A stretch of DNA of 64,000 bases from Fistulifera solaris. Its lineage: Eukaryota. Position numbers and translations under genes: made by a program. Within the stretch, counting starts at the first letter, position 1. The number at the start of each line of letters is the position of its first letter. The stretch spans positions 2,604,001 through 2,668,000 of the forward strand of contig AP026123.1 in NCBI GenBank assembly GCA_030295235.1, written 5' to 3'. The notes below the pieces were generated by a model. The model was not told the origin of the DNA. It searched no databases and saw only the letters and a program-made list of their open reading frames with translations. Below are positions 49,401-60,254 of the stretch, piece after piece.

Positions 49401-52400
49401 GAAAATCCCCTTGAGATCTGTTTTGCAACTAAAGAATCTCCTGCCCTGTGTTTTGTCTACCGCGAAAAGCTTTGACGTCCCCCGCTTTAATGCCAAGATT
49501 GGTACAATATCGTCAGTGCGAGTCGAAGGGTTACGCGAAGGAACCGACCAGGCCATGTTGGACCTAATCGACGAGACACTCCGCGAATACGAAGAAACGA
49601 TCCTCAACGGAATACCGAAACTGGCCAGATCGACTTTACGAACTCTTTTGTCGAATAAATTGTCGGACTTTATCAGCAACTCTGTGTGCCCACCATCCAC
49701 GCCCTCGTCGACGAACACGCCCTTTGTTGATTTGCGAGAGTTACTCCTTACACCCGAAGTAAGTAAACAGTACGGCGGGGCGGGAGATGCTCCGTATGGC
49801 AACATATTTCCTACAATCGCCAAATATATTGAAGACGAAATTCTCGCGACTGATCCCAAGTCGGGTGTATTAATGTTGAACAAGTTGATCGGCTCGTTTA
49901 CAAAAAGCTGGTCCGGAACAAGTGGATCTCTGTTATGGCCTGGTGATTTGATGTCGACCAATACGAATGTTGACGCTGGAGGCCTTAACGCTCGTGTTCG
50001 TGTCCGTGTATACGACGCTTTTATTCATCACCTTGATTCATTTAATGGCGAAAATATACAAATTCTTGAACCCGTCCGAAATGAGCCTCATCAGACGAAT
50101 AATTCGGCCAGTATAGGCGGACGACAGCCTGTCGAAGTGGGCGCAGGATTTGCCGTGGAGTTCTTCAGTCCTGGTGGAACGAACATCAAAAACGACGTCA
50201 AGCTAAGTCTTTCGGCGGACGATGTTGAAATCTTATTCCGTATACTGGTGAAGATTGTGGAGTCTTCCTTTTTAGATTTGCCGTTGGCGGCGATAGGAAA
50301 TTTGGATTGCTGGCTAGCAACAATGGAAAACCCCAAATTCAATGCGTTCGGCGTTTCCCAGTCCCCGACTGCTTTGGAGCTGCTTGAGCTGAGTCTTCGC
50401 GTTTCGCAGCTAAGAATGAACGCAACATGTGTCTCGTGCAGCGGCCCGAAAATGGAAGAATTTACGAAACTACTATCAGAAACCCGTGCCGTTGAAGATA
50501 TGACTCGTGTTGGCAATCGTGTTCTGGGCTATCTCAAAGACATCCTAGGAGGAAGCTATCTGCAGGTCACTTTGGATCGTATGGTTGCTGAGGGCCACAG
50601 AAAGTGCCCTTACGGATCTGATTATGGACAACCTCCACCTGTATTTCAGTCTCTACCCGAGCCTGACACATCAGAGCCAATTACTCTTCTTGTGGCACTG
50701 TTCTTATCAGGTTTCGCACTTGTTACAGGTATCCTGGTTGTTCTTTTTTGCCGGCGTACGATCGTGAGAATGAGACATCGGAAGTGGGTCCTAAGTTTAG
50801 CGGAGGAGCAGCTGTACCATGTTTGGAGCATTCAGACTGAACAAGATCAATTTGACGAAGAAGTAAACAGCCTGTCCAGTTCCTTGTATTTTTCAAGAGA
50901 GATTCCGAGATTCGTGCAATTAATCATTCCAGTAACTATTGTGGGCAACATCGCTCTCTTTTTGAGCGGTCATTTGAGTTTAGGAGGCAGTGTCACGATT
51001 GTCCTGCAGCTGGCTGGCGAATCATACACTGCGGCCAACTTCTTCGACTTCAGCATGGCGAAAAGTGCTATAGAAATATGGAACGGTAGGTCGCTTTTGA
51101 GTGGTCGCTAGAGTTTCTTTCAAATCATGCGAATCTTCTCACAACTTTTGTCGTATCACTCAGCTGGTGGGAAGGAGCTTGCCATTATGATATTGATCTT
51201 TTCGGGCATTTGGCCTTACACAAAATGTGTTGCTACACTTTTTTTATGGTTTGCACCACCTCGGATGTGCCCAGTGGATCGACGGGAGAGTATTTTGCTA
51301 TGGCTCGATGCCTTGGCGAAGTGGAGTTTCATTGATATTTTCATCTTGGTAATGACCTTGGCTGCTTTCCGTGTTTCGGTTCAGAGCCCGGGCGTTGCAT
51401 TTTTACCCGAGTCCTTCTATTCCTTGGACCTCTTGGTCATACCGAAATGGGGACTGTACGCCAATATGATTGCGCAGCTTGTCTCGCAGATCAGTTCTCA
51501 TTTTATCATCCATTACCATCGAGTTGCCGTGTCAAGGACGAAAGAGAGAATGGTGACGGACATGTGCACGCCCAAGACATCGGTGGGTGATGACGACGAT
51601 ATTACCAGTGGTGAAGTCAGTTTATCGTCAACCGATAGCGAAGAAAAGCTGTGCGAACACCGATTTGAACGCCCTCACCGTTCGGAAGATGAAAAGCTTG
51701 TCCCGCGCAATTATGTTGACCCTCTTGTGAGTCTTTTGACATTGTCGACAGTTATTTTGGTCATCGCTGGATGCTCCGTCCCCAGCTACGGCGTGGATAT
51801 TTTGGGTATGGTGGGTTTACTCGTGGAATCTGGACAAGGTTTTGCGCAGGCTATTTTTGATTATAATCTCTTCGACACAATCCAGCTGCTGTTCGCCCAA
51901 GCGTCATTCACTGGAAGGACTGCCGACTACATCGGTTTAGGCTCTCTGTCGATGATATTGCTTCTCACTGTGTTAGTGGTACCTTTGATGCAATCTACTC
52001 TGTTAATGTACATCTGGTTCAGACGCATGGCCGCACGACAAAGATATCAGTCGATGGTGTTGTTGGAAGTCTTGTCGGCTTGGCAGTATGCCGAGGTATT
52101 TTTGCTTTCCGTCCTGGTGGCCAGCTGGCAGCTTGGTCCGGTTTCCGAATACATGATTAATGCATACTGCGGAAGTCTGCAAGGTTTCTTTTCGCAACTC
52201 GTTTTCTACGGAGTGGTCGAGGAACAAAATGCGCAATGCTTTCGTGTTAACACGACAATCGACGCTGGATTTTTCGTTCTGGTGTCAGGAGCGGTGTTAC
52301 TAGCTCTCCTCAATACATTTGTACTACATGCCGTCCGTCAGCAACAACGAGATAAAGCGGCGCGCTCTCCGTTTTGCGGTTCGACATTTGGATGCGGAGA

Positions 52401-52497
52401 GGACTTGGAACGAATTCGGCAAGCGATTCATCCTGTGCCTGTATTGTTTACCGATTCGTTCCGCTGGCTGTTGCGCCGTCCTGACGAGCAACCGTAA
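46408..52497 (+). CDS. ~2000-aa membrane protein: signal peptide, BPI/TULIP-like domain, four internal beta-rich repeats, two C-terminal PqiA (paraquat-inducible protein A / LetA-type) domains; intron 51086-51163; apparent frameshifts at ~47490 and 47779-47783
   Basis: PqiA motifs IWNAGGKELAIMILIFSGIWPYTK...LDALAKWSFIDIFIL and LTVLVVPLMQ...LEVLSAWQYAEVFLLSV. Internal duplication VDFRDLLLAPEQSQALGGSGAQPYGD versus VDLRELLLTPEVSKQYGGAGDAPYGN. Confidence 0.85.
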
Positions 52498-52589
52498 CTC
52501 ACCTAAATGGCAGTATAAGTTAATGATAGATGTGTTTTGTAAATTATCAAATACATAGATGTACTTTACTTTCGTCGTAATCTTTTCTT

Positions 52590-53967
52590 AGAGTATATCT
52601 TGTAGCGCAAAGTCAACCATGTCATGCAGGGCGTCTCTTTGATCTGACAAACAAGATCGCCAATTGCGAAAAATCGTTTGATGCGCTTTTTCATCAGCAC
52701 AGCCACATTAGAGGTGTGCGCTGCGAGAAGATTGACCACGAGATTCGCCGAAGTAAGATAAAAGCTGTAAAGAGCATAGAGTTTGTTCAGTGCAAACTTG
52801 CTCGCTGGTATTCGTCATCGTAATAACACGGTTGTTAGAAAGGAGCTCTCGCCGATGTTTGAAATCGGGGCCGAAGGCTTCCACGTCATCGTAGTAAGTA
52901 CGCAGCCCTGGATGGTCTCGTAGACCACGAAGAATTGTTCCCATCTGCGGTCCCCAATCCGTACAGTCCTTCCCGGCAATCATACACAAATGAAGTATCT
53001 TAAGTTTTGAGTTGACTAGTGCGGCATGGAGCAGTTCTTCCACAAACGCTTCGGATACATGCATCAGCTGCACCAAGATATCAATTTCCGCAACTTTTCG
53101 AAATGGTGGAAATGGGCCAACGACGGCAAAAATGCGGGTACCACGTACCATGTCATTCGCGAGATTGCCTCCGATGCGGCCTATTTTCAGACATATTCTT
53201 TTGGCCGCAATGTTCTCGGACGAAAGCTTTTTTCCCAGAGTTCATTGCGGATGCAGAATGAATACGTTAGAGATGCAGGGAGCGGGAGAAGTTGGAGTTC
53301 CACGGATTGATCCAGCGACGGCAAAGTCAAATGATGAACAATACCAATCGGTACCAGTCGTTTCATGAATTCTGTATCAATCGTGCTTTCTTTACTAATG
53401 TACATAAAACCAAACGGCCACTGGCGGTGTTGAAGCTCATCCAAAAACGTAGTGCCCCCATTTTCCCAAACATCGCGGTGCAGGGATGTCTCGATCGAAT
53501 CCGGAAGCGTCGCAAGGGACAGCGACTGCTCTACGCTCAGTTCCAGTCATTCGATGCCAGTCGAGACAGGCTGTATCTGCGAAACTCGCAACTCCCGTAC
53601 TGTAGCTACAAAGCGGAAGGTTCGATCGAACCACAGGCAATGACATTCCGGCTTCCTTCTCGTCGGTTCCGCCATTTTGATCCAAAAAGCCACCGTCGCA
53701 ATCGCCGTCTCCGACTCACCACATACAAACAGTTTCGTAGCGGGGAACGACAATATCAGGAGAAGGTAGTTTCGATCCGTATCCGGGTTGCCGAATCATC
53801 GATGATTGGGGGCAGTCCTACGTGAGAGTCCCGTTGTCTCGCCAGATGGTCAGGCTTGTGTAAAACTGCCATAGAAATAGATCTTTTCATACGTATGGAC
53901 GTTTGCAGACGCTTGTAGAGTCACCGTCACGCCAGCGAGCAAATTGACGATCCTTGTGGGGAATCAT
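52590..53967 (-). pseudogene. Degenerate copy of a lineage-expanded hypothetical protein family (recalled from Fistulifera)
   Basis: Protein-like fragments in shifting frames with stops: TIWRDNGT, LFVCGESETAIATVAFW, GLRDHPGLRT...AFGPDF...ELLSNNRVITM, KLYALYSFY...SASNDF...LSDQRDAL. Family link is from memory only. Confidence 0.55.
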
Positions 53968-54194
53968 ATGTAGCAGATTGTCGGTTGACTCGTTGTTGTT
54001 TGTCATGATTCATTCGCACCAAAGTGAAAGATACAGAACGGCACAAGTTAGAGTCTCAGGATATCTATGCACTGATGTAATGTCTTATATAATATTGTGA
54101 TCGACAAAAATCTCATTTCGATTGTGAAAGACACGCATCATGTCGTCGTTCTTTTTGTTGTTATGAAAGGTGAAAGATGCTCTTCAAAGTACAC

Positions 54195-54500
54195 TCAGAA
54201 TTTCCGTGTACGGTACAGAACCTCCACAGCATTTCTGTATGACCCAAAACACCGATGATTCTAGAATATTATTTGAGACCTGCAAATTCCTGGACCCAAC
54301 ACACAGAATTTCTGGTTGACACAAAACCACAAATTCCAGAATTTCTGGAATATGCACGAAAGGACTGTAATACCCAAAACACTAAACTCCAGAATATCGG
54401 GAATGGGTCCACCGAATTTGTGTATGACCCAAATCACCGATTCCAGATAATCTGGATTTTTTGTGTGAGTCGAAACCATTGGTCCAGAATTTCTGGACAA
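54195..54500 (+). repeat. About 1.3 degenerate units of the CCAGAATTTCTGG palindrome family
   Basis: CCACAGCATTTCTGTATGACCCAAAACACC, CACAAAACCACAAATTCCAGAATTTCTGGAA and GGTCCAGAATTTCTGGAC; same orientation as 57.4-58.4 kb. Confidence 0.9.
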
Positions 54501-54504
54501 TAGT

Positions 54505-55940
54505 TTTCGTTTTTCGATCGCGACTCAAGTTCAGTCAAGGATATCGTAAACCATCACTTTGATCCTATAGTGAATTTGCCCATCATCGATGCGAAAGCTT
54601 TTCGGATCCAAGGAACGATACATTGCGTTTTGAATTATGATGATATTTCGTATCATCACCGTCAATACCAATACGATTGATCATACACTGAATGCTAGCA
54701 TTTGTGGACTTCATTGTTGCCGTTTCATTTATTTTCGTATTTCGATCGTGACTCAAGTTCAGTCAAGGATAGCGTAAACCATCACTTTGATCCTATAGTG
54801 AATTTGCCCGTGATCGATGCGAAAGCTTTTCGGATCCAAGAAACGATACATTGCGTTTTGAATGATGAAGATATTTCGAAGCATCACCGTCAATACCAAT
54901 ATGATTGATCATACACTGAGTGCTAGCATTTGTGGACTTCATTGTTGCCGTTTCATTTATTTTCGTATTTCGATCGTGACTTAAGTTTAGTCAAGGATTT
55001 CTTCAACCATGACTTTGATCCTATAGTGAATTTGCCCATCATCGATGCGAAAGCTTTTAAGATCCAAGGAACGATACATTGCGTTTTGAATGATGACGAT
55101 ATTTCGTAACATCACCGTCAATACCAATACGATTGATCATACATTTAATGCTAGCATTTGTGGACTTCATTGTTGCCGTTTCATTTATTTTCGTATTTCG
55201 ATCGTGACTCAAGTTCAGTCAAGGATAGCGTAAACCATCACTTTGATCCTATAGTGAATTTGCCCGTGATCGATGCGAAAGCTTTTCGGATCCAAGAAAC
55301 GATACATTGCGTTTTGAATGATGAAGAGATTTCGCAACATCACCGTCAATACCAATACGATTGATCATACACTGAGTGCTAGCATTTGTGGACTTCATTG
55401 TTGCCGTTTCATTTATTTTCGTATTTCGATCGTGACTTAAGTTTAGTCAAGGATTTCTTCAACCATGACTTTGATCCTATAGTGAATTTGCCCATCATCG
55501 ATGCGAAAGCTTTTAAGATCCAAGGAACGATACATTGCGTTTTGAATGATGACGATATTTCGTAACATCACCGTCAATACCAATACGATTGATCATACAT
55601 TTAATGCTAGCATTTGTGGACTTCATTGTTGCCGTTTCATTTATTTTCGTATTTCGATCGTGACTCAAGTTCAGTCAAGGATAGCGTAAACCATCACTTT
55701 GATCCTATAGTGAATTTGCCCGTGATCGATGCGAAAGCTTTTCGGATCCAAGAAACGATACATTGCGTTTTGAATGATGAAGAGATTTCGCAACATCACC
55801 GTCAATACCAATACGATTGATCATACACTGAAAGCTAGCATTTGTGGACTTCATTGTTGCCGTTTCATTTAGTTTCGTATTTCGATCGTGACTTAAGTTT
55901 AGTCAAGGAGGGCATAAACCAACACTTTGCTATTATAGTA
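54505..55940 (+). repeat. 228-bp tandem array (about 6.3 units) with alternating variants forming a 456-bp higher-order repeat
   Basis: TCGATCG(C/T)GACT at 54514, 54742, 54970, 55198, 55426, 55654 and 55882. Units 2/4/6 share GATAGCGTAAACCATCAC; units 3/5 share GATTTCTTCAACCATGAC. Confidence 0.97.
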
Positions 55941-56303
55941 AAGGTCTTTGATAGATCCGTCGTCCGTTTGATGAATGGCCGTAGTCCGCAAATGCATGAC
56001 GCAGAAACAACTAACTTGTCTTCATTGCATTCCTTGTCAATGATCAAATAATAATCATCATCAACATCTACTTCGACAACACTAGACTATCTGTTCTTCA
56101 CCTTCAGTATCTTATACTATCGTCTTCATTTTAGTCCCTTTCGCTGGCGTTTTGGGATATCAGAAGCATCTCTTCGTTTGTGACTTCTGACATAAAGACG
56201 AGTTCTGTTCTTTCTTTTCACTATTACAAATGTTGAAACTGATTCATCGCTTATTCTTCCTTCAGGCATTCGCCTTCTTTCATACACTTCGATACACTGC
56301 AGA

Positions 56304-57180
56304 GTGTCGGCGACGAGTGCTTACTTTGAGTCGATGCCTTACATAGTCGACGCAAATACTGGATTAAACGATTATGGACGAACTGGCGAAACGAGCGCAA
56401 ATGTTCATGCCCAATAAGCTACTCATTGCTGGAGCGTCGGTGTATCCACGCGAGTGGGATTATGCCAAGATGCGAGAAATCGCTGACAGTGTGGGGGCCT
56501 TGTTTATGGTCGACGCCGGTGTCGTTGATTCACCGTTTCCACAACGCATAAAACATTGCGAGGACCGCGGTCGGGAATGATCTTTGCGAAGCAAAAATAC
56601 ATGGATGCGATCAACCAAGCTGTGTTTCCAATGTTACAGGGAGGACCACACAATCATCAGATCGGTGCTCTCGCCGTGGCGCTACGAGAAGCGCAACAAC
56701 CATCATTCCGAGAGTATGCTCGTCAGAATATTGAACAATGCTCAAGCATTGTCGGAAGGTTTACTGAAGCGCGGCTACCAACTAGCTACCGGTGGTACCA
56801 ACAATCACTTGTTGCTGTGGAATGTTCGGCCTTTGTCGGGATCTAAAGTAGAAAAGGTGCTGGAACTAGCTGGTATTACAACCAACAAGAACACAATTGC
56901 GGGAGATACGTCAGCCCTGAATCCGGGAGGTGTGCGCTTAGGGACGCCAGCATTGACGACACGTGGGCTGCGTGAGGGAGATTTTGACAAAGCTGCGGAA
57001 TTTCTACACGAAGGTTATCAACTGACACAGCGAGTGCAAGCGCTAGCAGAGGAACGATACGAAAAAGCTGCATTGAAGAATTTTATTAAGTTGCTAGAGT
57101 CGGATGCGTCAATACAAAGCGCTTGAAGACCTACGAAATCGTGTTGAAGCGTTTGCTCTGTCCTTCCCCATGCCCGAGGA
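56304..57180 (+). pseudogene. SHMT: 5'-truncated serine hydroxymethyltransferase pseudogene fragment
   Basis: [104 protein letters not shown]-terminal part absent, the MAHISGLV and D(V/I)VT segments deleted, several frameshifts. Confidence 0.92.
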
Positions 57181-57404
57181 CTCGATGCTGGTTCGGAACT
57201 GCTTGATCATATATAATATTAACGCTATCAATTCAATTTTCAATTGTTGGGATTGATTATTGGCTAAAACTAGCTATTCAATGATTTAATGAAACAATGC
57301 CGCCACGGTGTATCTCAAAGGACATTATTTGTTGCGGACCAAATTCAGGTGCATGCTCTAACTTTAGTATTCGACGTCGACCACTCAAACTCGTAGAATC
57401 TGGT

Positions 57405-58435
57405 TGTACAATAAAACCACAAATTCCAGAATTTCCAAAACATGCACAAATTGGCGATAATACTGTGTTTGACCCAAGACACCGCATCCAGATTATCTGG
57501 ATTGTCTGTGCGAGACAAAACAATTATTGGTCCAGAATTTCCAGACCAAAAACACACAGAATTTCTGGTTGACACAAAACCACGTATTCCAGAATTGCTG
57601 GAACGTGCACGAAAAGACTGTAATAAAGGCTAGTCTAATTCATTCGAGAATATCCGGAATCCGTCCACCGAATTTGTGTATGAGCCAAAACGCCAACTCC
57701 AGATTATCTGGATTGTCTGTGCGAGACGAAACAATTATTGGTCCAAAATTTCTGGACCCAACACACAGCATTTCTGGTTGACACAAAACCACAAATTCCA
57801 GAATTTCTGGAACTTGCACAAAATGGCTGTAATACTCAAAATGCTAATTCCAGAATAACCGGAATGCGTCCACCGATTCCAGATTATCTGGTCTTTTTGT
57901 GAGTCGAAACAATTATTGGTCCAGAATTTCTGGACCAATCACACAGAATTTTTGTATGAGGTACGACACAAAACCACAAATTCCAGAATTTCTGGAACTT
58001 GCACAAAATGGCTGTAATACTCAAAATGCTAATTCCAGAATAACCGGAATGCGTCCACCGCATTTGTGTATGACCCAAAACACCAACTCCAGATTATCTC
58101 GATTTTCTGTTTGAGTCGAAACAATTGGTCCAGAATTTCTGGACCAGTCACACAGCATTTCTGGTTGACACAAAACAACAGATTGCTGAATTTCTGGACC
58201 GTGCATGAAAGGGCGGTAATACTCAAAACACTAATTCAGTCAAATGTCGAAAAAGCATCCGCATTTCAGGAAAATTAGGAATAAATATTTAGGATTTTAT
58301 TATTCTTCCAAAAAAAAAAATTTGTATGAACAAATCGCCGAATTCAGAATATCTGGATATTTTACGAAATGTTTGTGTGACGGGGAAACAACAAGTCCAG
58401 AATTTCTGGACCAAACACATAACACACAGAATAAA
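57405..58435 (+). repeat. Degenerate, shuffled array of the CCAGAATTTCTGG palindrome family (about four to five composite units)
   Basis: Repeated AAAACCACAAATTCCAGAATTTCTGGAAC, TTGGTCCAGAATTTCTGGACC and TCCAGATTATCTGG modules. Confidence 0.93.
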
Positions 58436-58599
58436 ATTTTAACTCATGACTCATGACTGTACGGCTTTCGGGTCACGTAAAGACAACACTTCGGGTCTAT
58501 AGTAAACGCGGTAGAGAAAGTTACTGTATTTTTTTATAGTCTAGCACTCGCAAAACACTCTCAAATCTGTTGACTTCTTTATATGTTACAAAAAGAGTT

Positions 58600-60254
58600 A
58601 TGATGTTATTGACTCTCTTTTGCTTCTGTCTATTCTTGCTGAATGTCAAGGCTTCACTTCGCCTCTCAGCTGTCGGAGTCTTAGTTCCCTCGACAGAGTA
58701 TATTCAGCAACATCGCTGTCTCTTTCAAGCACGTCGGACGGCAACGAACACAAAGAGAATGCGTACTGGACTTCCTTAACGAGTCCATTCCCTCCAGAAA
58801 CGCCTTCGGGACTGCGCGGTGAAGCAATTATTCGTGCGTTACAATCGGGACGAACCGTCGTGTATCAACCTCCTCACAATCTTAGTTTCGTCGTGAGAGG
58901 AAAGGGCTCTGAACACTTTTTAAATCAAAAATTATCACAGCGCATCTCGTTATCAGATGCAACGTTTCATCGTGCCGCCATTTTGAACCGAAAGGGTCAT
59001 GTTCTCGACATTGTAGGAGTCGCCAGTGTCAATGCAACGTACGCGGTCGTATTTCCTACGCATTTGAATCTCCAAGAACACTGGGGACCCACGATTTTTC
59101 CTCTCGATCAAGTAACGGTTGAAACATCACCGTCGTCATTTCAATGCATTTCTCTGTTTTCGAGTCGACACTGGCATGTTCAAAAGGTCTGGGAGCGATG
59201 GTTACGACAAGATAAACAGCCGAGTCGTTTATCGAGGACCAGGACCGAATACTTTCATCCAACGACAACTCAACAATCGTCATCATCCCCACAAGTAATA
59301 TTGACGACCCCCGGCAGTATCTGGTGGCCTCCCCATACAGTTGCTGCCTCCTACACGATGCTCGTGTCGAGTAGTACGCCACTGCAGGACTGCTTGTTTC
59401 CCGATGATAATGCGGCATCCAGTAGCAACAATTCACCAATGTGGCTGGGAGAACGAGAATATCAAGCATTGCGTATCGTATCCGGTCAACCTTCCTTTGG
59501 TGCGTCGGTTCCGTTTCCAGCAGCTACCGTTTTGGAGTGGGAACTCTCGCCTCTCGTCGACTTTGAAAAGGGATGTTATTTGGGACAAGAGCGCGTCGCC
59601 GCACAATCCAACAATCCACTTCCCCAGTCCCTTTATCAGATCGAGTTTTTGGAGGAAGAAAACAATGATTTTGCTTCCCTACAACGCTGGCCGACAGTGA
59701 ATGATACGGTTTACGTGCTGGGCAGTAATGAAGAATTGATTGCTGGGAAAATTGTCGAAATGGCGGAACCGGCCAGTCAAGGGACCCCGGCGATGTTAGG
59801 TTTGGCCATGGTAAAACGAGCTAATTCTTTGTTAAGACGAATGGAGCAACTCGAATTGGACTTGCCCCGTCCTCAAACAAATGATGACTTTTCGATGGTT
59901 GAAAGCAGTAGTGGTACACGCGATAAACTCGATGGGCTCGAAGTCATTGTCAATGGTGAACTCATTGGTCGATTAAAAACGCTTCCCTTTAAACTGCTGG
60001 GACAAGATAAGTTCTTGATTGACGATATGGAAGAATCACCTGACGAGGCGGTGGTAGAAGTGGAAAAACCGGAAGCTATAGACGTTCCAAAAGAAACAGT
60101 GGAAAAGAATAACAGCGAATCCATGCCCATTCCTACCGCCAAAGTTGATAGTCAAGCGGAACGAGAACGAAAAGAAGCGAAAATGGAGCTGTTACGGAAA
60201 CGTGCCGAAGAAGCCCTGGCGCGAAGACAACAAAAGAAGTCGAGTGCTACATAG
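58600..60254 (+). CDS. YgfZ/IBA57-family folate-binding aminomethyltransferase-like protein, likely plastid-targeted; apparent frameshift at 58618-58621
   Basis: Signature VDFEKGCYLGQE, VRGKGSEHFLNQKLS, AILNRKGHVLD, YQALRIVSGQP. Signal peptide ending CQG-F. Confidence 0.88.

Noticed and set aside
54702..55820. Three near-identical 68-aa ORFs
   Set aside because: TTG starts and products of the 456-bp repeat; no evidence of being genes.
35849..58528. TACAGTA/TACTGTA as classic Tc1 footprints
   Set aside because: The handful seen is no more than the ~8 expected by chance for a 7-mer on two strands.
3448..58621. Genome-wide programmed ribosomal frameshifting
   Set aside because: No common slippery-site or stop context and mixed shift directions; homopolymer miscalls explain the pattern more simply.
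56304..60254. Folate-related gene cluster (SHMT next to YgfZ)
   Set aside because: SHMT is a truncated relic embedded in repeats; the adjacency is probably coincidental.
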